A DNA stretch of 63,009 nucleotides, the filler included, from Octopus bimaculoides (lineage: Eukaryota), in NCBI RefSeq assembly GCF_001194135.2. It is 8 parts of 8 records of this genome, joined end to end, with 100 filler letters (N's around TTAATTAATTAA, not from the genome) between each part and the next. Parts side by side here need not be neighbours in the genome. Positions count along the whole stretch, not along the records: positions 1 to 9,799 come from NC_069008.1; positions 9,900 to 17,445 come from NC_068998.1; 6 more parts are not named here. The stretch is one strand, 5' to 3'. The position numbers and the translations under genes are program-made. Below are positions 1 through 11,991 of the stretch, one piece after another. Numbering within the stretch: the first letter of the stretch is position 1; each line of letters opens with the position of its first letter. Under the pieces are notes generated by a model. That model saw nothing but the letters and a program-made list of their open reading frames with translations. It was not told the DNA's origin and made no database searches.

Positions 1-7
1 TGTATAG

Positions 8-62
8 GGTTCTGAGGATTATGGTTACATTACGAATCAGGCTGAAGAGAAACAGACAGTCG
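8..62 (+). CDS. Candidate internal exon of an unidentified + strand gene (GSEDYGYITNQAEEKQTV, phase 0 to 1)
   Basis: tatag|GGTTCT...ACAGTCG|gtaaga; 55 nt, open in phase 0. The window edge hides the polypyrimidine tract, and I recognise no homology. Confidence 0.3.
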
Positions 63-265
63 GTAAGATTGTTAATTTTGAAACCGGTCCTTGTTTAATA
101 ATGATTTTTTCGGTAATTTTAACTGTCTTGCCCGCTTACGCTTTGGTATTCCGCTAAATTTCATTTTGAGAACAATTTAGGTCTTAATAGACACAAGATG
201 TGATCTATCTCTAGCACATTGAATGTCCACGTTAGTGGTCAACGTTATATATATATATATATATA

Positions 266-458
266 TAAATACAGAGGTCCATTAACGGTACTACTTAAAT
301 ATACAGGTGTTACGAACAAAACATTTTAAATGTATGCTGTGTGGATGTGTAATGACACCCTAACTCTAAGCCTAACTAATCCTAAAACTAACTCTAACCC
401 TAAAAACTAACCCTTCTTTTCATATCATTACATAGATGCATTGGGACCTCTGTATTTA
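266..458. mobile_element. MITE with 15-bp perfect TIRs and a degenerate (TAACCC)-like core
   Basis: TAAATACAGAGGTCC (266-280) and GGACCTCTGTATTTA (444-458) are exact reverse complements; the interior carries accctaactctaagcctaac...ctctaaccctaaaaactaaccc. Confidence 0.75.
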
Positions 459-1784
459 ATTAGTGCAATGAAAGTAACGGTTTCTGTGTGTTCTTGAATG
501 GTTTACAAACATCTTCTATGCTGCAATTGTTTTTGTTTTAGCACACGATTTCAGATCAAGTCATTTGCTAAGCAAGTACATCTCTGTAATTTTTTAAAAT
601 CAGTGTGGATAAATAATGCCAGCAATGACCTTCTCGGGCTCTCCAATATTTTAATTTCAAACAGAAACAATTGGGGTCATGGAGTGGAGTTGCAAAAAAT
701 TCATATTTTCTCAAATTTTCTTTTTTATAACATAAATTTTTTGGGGAAAAAAATATTGTAAAACATGCGAGAGTGATAAAGAAATGAGGAGGATTGTCTT
801 TGGATATGCTAGAAACAACAGCCAAGTTGCCCTTAAATCACTCACTTTTCCCTCTGAAAATATTAACAATTTAAAAAAATTTGTTTACTGAAAATGCACT
901 TCCCATGATTTTGAAGTGCAAAAAGTCCAAAAAAAAAATTGTGTAAAAATTGGTGTAAAAAATAAGAGTTTTCAAAACTTTTTCATATAGAGATGCCCCA
1001 CCCCAAACCCTATCATTTCGAAGGCTGTAGCTTTAAAAACAATGGGGAAAATCCCCGAAAAATTTTTCTCACAAATTTCTTCATAATTGTAATCTCTGCC
1101 ATTTGAAAGGGATTTGTATAAATTTTCATTAAAAGATACCCATCTTCCTGAAAGTTATGAGGCAAAAAAGTCAGATCATGTGAATTTTCTGAAATTCCTT
1201 TCTCCACCCCTCAGAAAAATTCTTTCTTATAAATCCCTATATACTCTGAAGCCACAACATCTAAGTAGTATTTGTAGGAAATTTTGTTAAAAAGGATTCA
1301 TTTTTCTGGATGTTATGAGGCAACAAAGTCAGGGATGTATACATCTGTAGTGATGCCCTTTTATTTATACAATTTTTTAATTTCATGTTTATTTCATTCA
1401 TTGTTTGCAATACTCTCTCCTTCTCTCTCTCTCTCTCTCTCATACACACACACTGCAAAGATGACAGAGGGGGTGCTGAAATGAAATCTCTATGTTGCTT
1501 TGAGGGAAAGGTAAAACTTGACAAACAGCTTCTCCCTCTGTTGATGGACTACCGTAATGTTTGTTTAAAAAAGAGAGATTATGACTGTAATAAAATAATG
1601 AAAGTAATATTTACTAAGCGAGTGAGCACTATTATCCAAAAAAATAGTCAGATGTAAAATATAAAAATTATTAGAACTGGGAATCAAATGTGAAAACATT
1701 ATCAAGGGGCCAGCAGAAAACCGCCCAGAGGGCAGTCTTTCTGGTAGTATATATAATATATATGCATATATATATCCTCATCAT

Positions 1785-2030
1785 ACTCACCATCGTTTAA
1801 CGTCCGTTTTCTATGCTGGCATGGGTTGGACGGTTCAAATGGGTTTTGGGAAGCCAGGAAGCTGCACCAGGCCCCAATTTGATCTGGCAGTGTTACTACA
1901 GCTGGACGCCCTTCCTAACGCCAACCACTCCGAGAGTGTAGTGGGAACTTTTTACATGCCACCAGTACAGGGGCCAGAGGAGATGGCATCGACCACAATT
2001 GCATGGTGCTTTTTACTTGCCACCGGCACA
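1785..2030 (-). mobile_element. RTE-LINE 3' end / RTE-tailed SINE fragment
   Basis: catcgtttaacgtccgttttctatgctggcatgggttggacg...cagctggacgcccttcctaacgccaaccactc is the reverse complement of the (GAT)n-tailed copy at 57578-57740. Confidence 0.7.
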
Positions 2031-2140
2031 AAAGCCTATATATATATATATACATATATACGACGGGCTTCTTTCAGTTTCCGTCTACCAAATCCACTCA
2101 CAAGGCTTTGGTCGGCCATTNNNNNNNNNNTTTAGTCGAT

Positions 2141-2292
2141 CAAATCGACCCCAGGACTTATTCTTTAAAAGCCTAGTACTTATTTTATCAATCACTTTTG
2201 CCGAACCGCTAAGTTACGGGGACATAAACACACCAGCATCTGTTGTCAAGCGATGTTGGGGGGGGGGGACAAACACACACATACAAACATAT

Positions 2293-2325
<33 letters not shown>

Positions 2326-2393
2326 CATATATACGACGGGCTTCTTTCAGTTTCCGTCTACCAAATCCACTCACAAGGCTTTGGTCGGCCATT
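2141..2393 (-). mobile_element. Partial copy of abundant tRNA/CORE-type SINE
   Basis: Same body as the full copies at 27172-27550 and 33875-34268 (gcctagtacttatt...ccgaaccgctaagttacgggga...acgacgggcttctttcagtttccgtctacc). Confidence 0.85.
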
Positions 2394-2469
2394 ATATCCC
2401 CACTCAAAAAAAAGAAATTACATTTAATTTAATATTTGTACATATTATATACTTAAATATTAACTTATT

Positions 2470-3200
2470 AGATGGTATCTATAGAGATTGATCAATTTGC
2501 ATGATCTTGCCAAATCACAGTCAAGTTACCTGTACTTCTATTGACCTCCTGAATCAACTGGCTGAGAGTTCCAGTGTACTCCAGACATCCTTAGAAACCT
2601 AGAACCTCGCCTTTCTGGATAGAGGTGTTTACATATCCATTCTCAGTCATATATGAGGTCATCCTTTTGCCTAGTACAGATCGTCCTGAATTGGTTAATG
2701 GCTGAGGAGTTTTCTTCCTTTGGCACAAAATATTCATCTGCCTTCTTCCAACATGGTGAAATGATATCCAAATCTTTTGGAACAGCATCCACAGCTTCTG
2801 AAGGAGCCGTGGGCATTTCTTTATACTTTATAAGGTATACCACCAGGGCCAAGAGCAGATCTGGCCTTTTTCATCACCTTTTCTACTTCTTTCCAAGATG
2901 GACAGTTGAGGTTGAACTTTGGTTCTACAGACATTTGAGTTAACATCAAGGGCTTGATTTCTGAGGTTATCATTATGGGCCTCCCTCAAAAGTGCTTCTG
3001 CCTTTTCTCTGGGGCTGGTCAATTTCCCTGATTTGGTTTCCCCCAACAGTGTTTGGGTGAACTTAAAAGAGTTTTTGACAAATTGCACCTGTTTGGTCTC
3101 CCTTTTTTCCCTCTGCTTCGAGATGCTTTCTGCCCTTGAAAGCCTTCTTATGAACGTGATATCATGACCTATAGATACCCACCCTGCAACTCGCACTTGA
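2470..3200 (-). mobile_element. HERO-like (RLE non-LTR retrotransposon) RT-region fragment, frameshifted
   Basis: Joined frames read RAESISKQREKRE..NSFKFTQTLLGETKSGKLTSPREKAE..WKKADEYFVPKEENSSAINQFRTI..KRMTSYMTENGYVNTSIQKG..GCLEYTG..GNLTVIWQDHAN, matching recalled HERO/NeSL-group RT N-terminal motifs. Confidence 0.75.
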
Positions 3201-3228
3201 AAACTTTGAAAAAGACCTAGTCAACTTA

Positions 3229-4535
3229 GTGAAGAACATAAAATTCATGAAAACTTCGAATCATATTCAGAAGAAACTATCCAGCATAATACTTACTATA
3301 AAGAACTCTGATAATATTCATGTCCTCTCTGATAAAAGCAGATACTTATATTCCTTACCAATCAATACCTACAATAACTTTATCTTAAGAGAGCTACAAT
3401 TGAAATATAAAACAGTAATGGATGCCGGAGTGAAAGAAATTAATGAAAATCACTTTGACATGATTGAAGTGTTTAAACTGCTAGATAGAACCAAACCTCA
3501 TGCCCCTATGGCCCTGCATTTTACTCTGAAGGATCATAAAAAGGATTTTGAAAGTAAGCTAGCAATTAGATTGATTTGCTCAACCAAATCTAACCTGGGC
3601 AGAAACATTAAGTCCATCATCGATAAGATCACCCCTAAAGTAAAAAATAAAGAAGATCTACCACTTGAGGTTGTACCAACGATGTTATTAAGTCTTTTTG
3701 TTTGATAAACGAGAAGAAAACCCATTTTATACAGCTCGATATATGTAACTACTTCCAGTGTGTTACAAAGGATCTACTGGTGAAAGCAATTACATTCACC
3801 GAGAAAATTGTGGATATAACCCCTTTAGAGAAAGACATTATTTTCACAGCAACAAAAACCTTGATTTCTTTTAAAAACAAATTCTGGACCCGTAATGATA
3901 CTGACGAAAAATTTGACGTTACTATGGGTTCCTCTGATTCGGCCCAGATCACGGACCTGGTGGGTCTGTTCCTCCTTTCAAAAATTAAGGAAGAATTCCT
4001 AAACATCAGAGGAGGTTTGTATAGCGACAACACCCTATTTGCTAGTTCATGTTGTACATTACAAACAATCGATAGAATGAAGTAAAAAGATTTATTAAAT
4101 TTTGTAAGGTAAATAATTTGGCGGTCTGGTTTGAAAATACCACTAAAACTGTTAACTTTCTAGACGAAACATTAAATTAGGATAATAGGCTATTTTAACC
4201 CAACTATAAGCTGAATAAAACCATTCAATATATCCACACATTATATAACCATTTCCAAAGTATCATTAACGGAGTGATTAGGGAAATTTCGATTGTCGGC
4301 AAGCTAAATAGTTTTTAATAACATAGCACCTATTTTTAAGACAGCTTGGAGGAATAGTGGTTTTAAAAATGATATATATTATATTAAAGATACCCTATTC
4401 AAATACAAATTAGGTAAACGTTTTCCAAACCTAGCTGAAGCCAGTATTAATATCTTGTTCGTAAATAACCCTATCGTTTTAGGAGATTTCCTAGGTATTT
4501 TAGCATGTATAATAATAATAATAATAATGATGATA

Positions 4536-4569
<34 letters not shown>

Positions 4570-4625
4570 CGATAATAATAATGATAATAATAATAATAAT
4601 AATAATAATAACGATAATAATAATG

Positions 4626-4666
<41 letters not shown>

Positions 4667-5430
4667 GATAATAATAATGATAATAATAATAATAATAATA
4701 ATAATAATTAATAGCAACAACAACAACAACAACAACAAACAGCGGCAAACTGAAAGTAAGACTGCGAGAAAACAGAAAATTATATGGTTTAACCCCCTTT
4801 TCCCCTGCAGATTAGAAATCTCCCCTAAAATGTTTTTCAATATCGTCGATAAGAATTTCCATGTAGGCCATAGATACCATTCTATCTTTAATAGATCCTG
4901 TTTAAAACTTTCATACTTGACTACGCCTAATTTAGGATTGATAACTGTAGGGAACAATAGATTCAAGCTTGGGAATAACGGGAATATGGGTAGCCCCAAA
5001 ACGAGTAGGATTAATAATAACATAGATAAAGAATGCACAGGGACCAGCAACTGAAATAAAGCCTGCACTTGTCGGAACTGCAGTTTATGTGCATTAGGGT
5101 TTCCTGTCTAACTGCCAATCAATGTAAGAAAGTATACATAAGAAGTACCATGGATTTCAAAACGAGATATAGAGGACACATCAGCTCGTTCTCGAATCCA
5201 GGAACAAAAAAAAAAAAATGCAACAACACTGGCTAAATATATTAATGGTCTAAAAATGCAAGATAAGGGATTTAGATTAAACTGGTCAATCATAATGGAA
5301 ACCACCCCATATAAAACGTATACTGGAAGGTGTAAGTTATGTACGAAGGAAGCAATTAGTATACTTCGTAGGCATAAATATTTAGCTACATTTAAGTTTT
5401 TTAAAAAGTAGAAAGGATAGAATCCAAACA
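3229..5430 (+). mobile_element. Decayed Penelope-like element (RT + C-terminal GIY-YIG endonuclease)
   Basis: Motifs NIKFMKTSN..SDKSR, FIQLDICNYF, FDVTMGSSDSAQITDLVGLFLL, GGLYSDN (GLYRDD-like), RKQKIIWFNP..HRYHSIFNRSCLKLSY and LNWSII..YTGRCKLCTEEAISIL; multiple stops and frameshifts. Confidence 0.85.
4508..4740. repeat. (AAT/GAT)n then (AAC)n microsatellite inside the PLE RT-EN linker
   Basis: Directly visible; source of the poly-I/N/Y ORFs. Confidence 0.95.
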
Positions 5431-5921
5431 TCGACCTACCTTTATGAAATAATTTCTTTCACTTTATTTAGATTTGATCAACTTAGAGTTTAAGTGTAAA
5501 ATTCTTTATACTTTAGCATCTTAGTAATTCACAGGTTTAGCGTCACATTTGAACATATTAACCTTCTATATTTAAGTTGTAAGTTGACAATCATTGTAAA
5601 TTGTAAATCACAAATATCAGTGAATTTTTGGACTGTTCCCACTAACATTCTGCATATATGCATTCACCTTACTTTAATTATTTACTATTTTTAATTATCA
5701 GCTATCCGTCTTATATGGTTAACCAGGTTTAACTTGGAATTTGAGTCATTTTATTTTATGCAGTTTGCTCATCATTTGAAATTAGTGTTGTTTTGTGAAA
5801 TTGTACAGCGTGATAACCCCGGTAAATTGTTATATTATTGTCGCTGTTTGTTTTACTTGTTTTGTGTTAAACAACACTTTGTTTTACTGCCTTTTTGTTG
5901 ACATGTTCCCCACTTTCTTAA

Positions 5922-7300
5922 GTGGGTTGCACAGTTTGGAAAAAGATGGAAATTGAAAGTCTAAGTTCCTCTGAGGAGGAATTGCTACAAGTGATTCACA
6001 AAATTGACAAGAAAGAAGAGGAAGGAAAGATGAATTTTGCGACCATGGCCAAAAGCCACAACAAAGATATAGATATGCAGGAAATAAGCAATGATAAGAA
6101 TATGCTTTGTAGGGAGGGACACGATGCAAAGGTGTCCCCATCCCAAGAATTTTTGCAGGAAGCAAAGGTCAGAATTATAATATACAAAACCTACTCTATA
6201 AAGGCCCAGAAGATTAAAGTGATGACCACCATGCAAATTGAAAAGGTACTGAAACCTATATGGCAGGAAATTTCATACCTTTCAAGAGGGTGAAAATTTG
6301 GAACGGTGGAGGTGCGGTTCCAGGATGAAGCCATAGCCAGGCTATACTCGGTAACCCCCATGAAAACTGATGAGGTGGTTCTTCTACCCATATACCTTGG
6401 AAGGCATGCTTCTAGGGTAAGGGTAGGAGACATACCTCCAGAAATAAATGTGGCTTGGCTGGTGGCTGCCATTCTTCTAGGTATGAAGGAAAAAATAATG
6501 GTCCTCCAAGCCACCAGCACCTCATGAAAAAATTGGCAGGGGTAGAGCCTGAATATGACGATTCAGGCAGCCCTGGAGGCCTTAGAAGAGATGGTGGAGA
6601 CCATAACGGTTGTCAACATGATACTCAGGGTAAGAGTGGAGAGCAGGACCCCGCATTGTTACAAATGTGGTTAAAAGGGCCACATTAGGGTAGAATGTCC
6701 TCCACCACCCGTAACAAGAAGAACCCATAATCACAAAAGAAACCGTACCTCTACCAATGACAAGAACCAGTGAAAGTACAGAGGAAGATGGTAAATGAAA
6801 ACCAGTGATGGATGGGAGATTACAGCAAGGAAGAGTAGAAAGAGGAGAAAAAAAGGACAAGTTATGAACGATGACGCCCATCCCACACCCACCCATCTCC
6901 CATCCGGACCCACTTTGTCCCACCTTTCCCGTACAGACACCAACCCCTACTCTGCCTCACCTGACACTGACAAATTATCCACAAGCATACAGGAGCCCCA
7001 AATTCCCCAACCCCCAACCTATGAGGAAAAAAGCATAGTAATGTTTAACTTGAAGAACGCCGAGTTATTAAAGGTCACAAACAGTTGAGAAGAAAAAATA
7101 AATGTAATCACTGCAGACTGTAGGGCGGTGCCATTGCACTTTAAGTGTGTGGGAGTACATCTCAAATACATAACAGAACTGGATGGATTTGGAAATAATG
7201 TTCTACACTGGCAAAAGAAGATTGATACCAGGTGTCTATCAGTAACGTTAGGATATAATGAACTTATTAATAATTTCAATATTGATATTTTAAATGATGA
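5922..7300 (+). mobile_element. Decayed gag-like / LINE ORF1-like coding region with CCHC zinc knuckle
   Basis: Near-continuous frame broken by stops (..EISYLSRG*KFGTVEVRF..RVRVGDIPPE..), then PHCYKCG*KGHIRVECP (CX2CX4HX4C) at about 6650-6710 and a basic stretch (GWEITARKSRKRRKK). No RT follows. Confidence 0.65.
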
Positions 7301-7724
7301 ATAAGGACTAAAAGTAATTGGATAACAAGGATAAATGAAGTCCCCTGGTCATGGGGTTGCGTGACTTCATTTCATTTTTTCATTTTTATACTATCATTAA
7401 TTCATCCTTTTCATTCATTTTTTGTCCCCACAATGTTTTGTTTTGCTTTGTCCCTCTACATTCACCCCCTGTGGGTAATAAGAAAAACCCCTCATTTTAT
7501 TTTATTTTATTTCAACGAATATTTTAACTTCATTTTCATTCACACAAATATTTTACTTCACAACTTTTTCCACTTCACAAAGCCTTTCTATATCATTGAG
7601 AACTTTTTAAAACATACTATAACATCTAGAACAGAATATAACATTACTCAATATGACTTGAAGTTCTGTAAGTAGGAGATATTTTAAGGTTTCTCAATTT
7701 TTAAACTATTTTAATCGATTTATT

Positions 7725-7845
7725 TGTACTTCTGATGAGGGAAATGCAACTATTTGTATCGGCTGGAAAACTCATCCGATACAAACGCATTCCTCGAAAC
7801 AATCATAAGGTTTTGTAATACTGCATTTCTTTCGATTGTAATATT
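7725..7845 (+). ncRNA. Hammerhead-ribozyme-like motif (probably degenerate)
   Basis: CTGATGA at 7732-7738. A long stem II includes the perfect pair TTTGTATCGG/CCGATACAAA (7753-7762/7776-7785). GAAAC is at 7796-7800, with CAATC/GATTG and a GUA triplet at 7838-7840. Stem I pairs poorly. Confidence 0.45.
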
Positions 7846-8068
7846 GGAGCACTTGAAATCTAACATCTCGATGAATTTCTTTATGTATTTTGTATTCCCA
7901 TGATAAGGAAACTTGACCTACGAAAATCTGTATTCCACTTTGACTTTTGTTATATATATATACACATACATACATATATATCTATATCTATACACACACA
8001 CTCACACACACATAGTAAGAAAAAAGAGGAGGAGAATTTCGATTATCCAGACATGGTGAGTTGTAATG

Positions 8069-8112
<44 letters not shown>

Positions 8113-8464
8113 AGGAAAATGCACAGTTTACATAGTTTTAATATATTTTATAAGTGTTTGTTGACTGGTATCACTTTCGCTAATCAAGCCATTGAAATTG
8201 TTGTAATTTTGTATTTTCCTAAGAAGATTTTAATCCATGTTGTGTATGGAATAAAATGAAACAACAGGTAGAAAAATCTAAGGAGAGGTAATTGGTGATC
8301 ATTATTATTCAGGACTCGAGAGGTAATTGCTCATTTTTGGAGGAGGTGTAAATAAATATACAAAAACTCAAAATCTAAAATATTGAGATGAAATATTTAC
8401 AGTGAAGTGTATGCGGATATGAATTAAAATATATACTAAGAACAAAGTTGGTTATGCATTCATA

Positions 8465-8903
8465 TGTAGGCCTGGTGAGATGCAGGAGAAATCCAGGCAG
8501 GAAGCACTCCACAGGACTGGAAGTCTTTCAGCACCTGTGTCACCTCAAGTCTTCAGTTGGGGAAACCCACCCAATACCACCCCAGAGGCCCAAACCCAGC
8601 TAGTGAAAGATTGAACCAAATGGCCCAAGAGGAATAAAACAAAGGAATGGCAACAACTGGACCGAGACCTCGACATAATATTGGATTGTATACTTGCAGG
8701 AACAGCTGAACAGAAAGTGAATTCTCTTGTAACTGTTGCATTCATTTTGGCAAAAGATTGCTTCAGGACAGATTGGTTAGCACAGCAATCAAAAGGAAGC
8801 CTAGCAGAAGAGAGAGATGCACCATCTGAGGGGAGAGATCAAGGCTCTCAATAAGCAGTATAAGTGGGTCTCTGCTGATGAAAGGGAAGGCATCAGGGAC
8901 TTG
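8465..8903 (+). mobile_element. HERO-like ORF fragment (region upstream of RT)
   Basis: Translates TKWPKRNKTKEWQQLDRDLDIILDCILAGTAEQKVNSL..EIKALNKQYKWVSADEREGIRDL, matching the recalled HERO pre-RT segment. Confidence 0.65.
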
Positions 8904-8912
8904 TCAAGTCCC

Positions 8913-9130
8913 CGAAAGAAGCCCGTCATATGTGTGTGTGTGTGTGTGCGTGTGTGTGCGTGTGTGTGCTGTCCTCTACCATCGCTTGACAACTGATGCT
9001 GATGTGATTACATCCCTGTAACCTAGCGGTTTGGCAAAAGAGACCAATAGAATAAGTAGTAGGCTTGCAAAGAATAAGCCCTGGGGTTGATTTGTTTGAC
9101 TAAAGGTGGTGCTCCAGTATGGCTGCAGTG
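8913..9130 (+). mobile_element. 3' part of tRNA/CORE-type SINE
   Basis: gaaagaagcccgtc-(TG)n-catcgcttgacaac..gcggtttggcaaaagagacc..ggtgctccagtatggctgcag is the reverse complement of the 33875-34140 body. Confidence 0.8.
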
Positions 9131-9148
9131 ATATATATGTATGTATAT

Positions 9149-9372
9149 GGGAGAAGTACCACAAATGCAATCTTCCTAGTAAGACAGTTACAAGAAAAGC
9201 ATTTGGCCAAAAGTAAACCATTGTACTTAGCTTTCATTGGCCTTGAGAAAATTTTCAACAGGGTTTCCTGCTCTTTTATCTGGTGGTCTCTAAGGAAGCT
9301 AGGAGTAGAGGAGTGGCTTGTTAGAGCCATACAAGCTATGTACAGTGGTGCTGTCAGTAAGGTGAGAGCCGA
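9149..9372 (+). mobile_element. RTE-clade LINE reverse transcriptase fragment
   Basis: GRSTTNAIFLVRQLQEKHLAKSKPLYLAFIGLEKIFNRV..WWSLRKLGVEEWLVRAIQAMY. Confidence 0.9.
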
Positions 9373-9899
9373 TCTTTAATACAGATTCCAATATTTGACA
9401 ATTTTGAAAGTAAGATATTGTGGTAGACTCTGTCGAACGCTTAGGGCCTCCACTAATGAAGAAAAATATAAAAACATCGACGAAGAGATGCACAGGGAAA
9501 TAAACAAACAAACCGAGGGACAACCCCTCGAAAATACCATAAATTTTTGGAAAGAAGTCTGTGAAATGGAAGAAAGAAACTCTCTCCTACGCTGGGAAAA
9601 AAGCAATGATTTCTTCCAAAGATATGAATCAACTTTTAAAAAAGAATTCAGCACAGATAATCCTTTTCTAAAGAAAAGAACTATAAATAATAAACAAAAA
9701 CTGAACAACGCACAAACCACCACCAATTTCAACCACTTAATCAACAACAACCCTCCTCATTACCCTCCATACACCATAAATAGAAATCACTTACAACCAN
9801 NNNNNNNNNNNNNNNNNNNNNNNNNNNNNNNNNNNNNNNNNNNTTAATTAATTAANNNNNNNNNNNNNNNNNNNNNNNNNNNNNNNNNNNNNNNNNNNN

Positions 9900-9988
<89 letters not shown>

Positions 9989-10106
9989 TAAATTATATAC
10001 ATATATAAATGTGCGGATATGTATGTGAGAGTGAGTGAGAATTGCGGTGAGAATGAGGCAGAGAGAAAGAGAGAGACGAAGAAGCTGAAAACAAGGCAAA
10101 GAGAGC

Positions 10107-10146
<40 letters not shown>

Positions 10147-10223
10147 GAGAAACAAACGTACATGTGTACATGTACATATATCATTTATTGTTATATATAT
10201 TGTATATATATTATTTATTGTTA

Positions 10224-10256
<33 letters not shown>

Positions 10257-10451
10257 CAATTCAAAACATGCGTTTTACATTGTCTGGAATTTTTAATGAC
10301 GCCATAAAATACAACATAACATAAAAACTTTCGTGTGTTTTTTTATTATGTGGTTTTAAAAACATAGTGGAAACATTTCGTCTAAATTACATACATAGAA
10401 TTTATATATACCTTTACAGGGGTAAAACATATGTCACTAGATATGGTGAGA

Positions 10452-10458
10452 TATAAAT
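10452..10458 (+). promoter_or_regulatory. TATA box of the secreted-peptide gene
   Basis: TATAAAT starts 74 nt upstream of the ATG at 10526, consistent with a TSS near 10480 and a short 5' UTR. Confidence 0.55.
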
Positions 10459-10525
10459 GATATAACTTAGATAGGTTTGAAGAAACATTCTGCCAAGACC
10501 GCTAAACTCACCAGAGAAGTCCACT

Positions 10526-10562
10526 ATGCTGCTTTTCATGGTTATTCCTCTTTTATTTATTG
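10526..10562 (+). CDS. Secreted Cys-rich peptide precursor, exon 1 (MLLFMVIPLLFI+G)
   Basis: ATG, 12 hydrophobic codons, then phase-1 consensus donor G|GTAAGT at 10563. Confidence 0.7.
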
Positions 10563-11861
10563 GTAAGTAACCATAGCAATATTGCTTCATATTTACGGCA
10601 TTTTTACTATTTCGGCAGTGTTCATAATACTTAACTATGAATAAACCCATCTGTATATGTATCTCTTTATCTATCATTCTATCCACTTAATTGTTTCTAA
10701 ATCTACTTGTCTATCTGCATAGGAATCAGCTGCTTAAAAACATTCGAGAAGCCTGTCATTTTGTATAGATTATATATGTGTATATGAGTGAGTGTGAGTG
10801 TATGTTTGGTAAATCTTGTATTATTAAACTTTTTTGTTAATGAATATTTTTATAACTANNNNNNNNNNTGTTTCAGCCAAGTGGCTGCGGTCATGCTGGT
10901 GCACCACCGTTATATATAATGATTCACTATACAGGGCATTTATTGATTATAAAAAGGCCTTCGAATTCGTCTGACGTTTCTCATTGTAAGAGGTATAACG
11001 GTTGACGGGCATTAAGAATTCAACGGTGGATGATAATGGAATGCAAGCTAACGGATAGGTATATAGCAAGAGAAAAAGAAAAGATGTTGGGAAATATTAT
11101 ATTTCATCCATATACTTTAAACTCCATTCTGTAGAAATGATGTGGAGGGCCATGGCAGGTGTTTTTACTTGGATCAATATATCATATTAAAGACTGTGAT
11201 TAAATGAACTTTGTGATAGTGATGGTAAACTACTTATTTATATGTCACCAGCTTAACTCTGTAGATATATTGAAAAATGTTTATTCTTTTGTGGGCTAAA
11301 GATTTAGCTCTATTGGCAAAAAAAAAAAGAAATAGAAAAGGATCAATATTATGACAGCCAATTGGGAACCGGAGAAGCTTACAAAGACAAAGGATCAATT
11401 TATCTCGGCTTGATGAGTTCAAAACTTTAGCCTTAACGTGCTGAACAAACGGCAAATTGGAGCCACGAAATCAAAGATATCATGTAGAAAAATAGGTCGT
11501 TGATGATAATCAATAAATATCTACAGATTCTGCTGTCAGCCACATCCAGAATGTTTGTGTATTGCAAATACAAAGATGAACAAAGCTGTCATAAATTTCC
11601 TGAAATTTTTCGGTGACCAATCAAAAACTCACGTAAATTGAACCTGTCTTTATTCACCGTTGTTCAACTTCTTTTTACGTATATAAACTATTACAATTGC
11701 TTCTCTCATGTTTTTCTTTCTTCCTATCATTTATGTTCCGTTGTCGAAACAATATAAATTCAATTCTCGAAGTTCTTCCTGTATTATCAAATAAGTAATT
11801 GTGACAATGTTCTAGTGAATAACCTTTGGTATCTGCACTAATTCAGAAGATTCCCTGAACA

Positions 11862-11904
<43 letters not shown>

Positions 11905-11940
11905 NNNNNNNNNNNNNNNNNNNNNNNNNNNNNNNNNNNN

Positions 11941-11991
<51 letters not shown>

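Noticed and set aside
2030-2393. Tandem duplication of a SINE segment
   Set aside because: Both copies end identically (ggtcggccatt) on either side of a 10-N gap; probably an assembly overlap artefact.
4379-5068. Long poly-I/N/Y/L/M/HT/CV ORFs here and at 30411-30981, 40842-41630, 45419-45752, 52331-52759, 53972-54567, 57828-59067 and 62332-62834
   Set aside because: These are translations of microsatellites and N-gaps.
9800-9899. TTAATTAATTAA motif recurring at 9844, 17490, 30124, 38926, 53009, 57361 and 60232
   Set aside because: Always centred in a ~100-N gap; this is a scaffolding linker with stops in all six frames, not biology.
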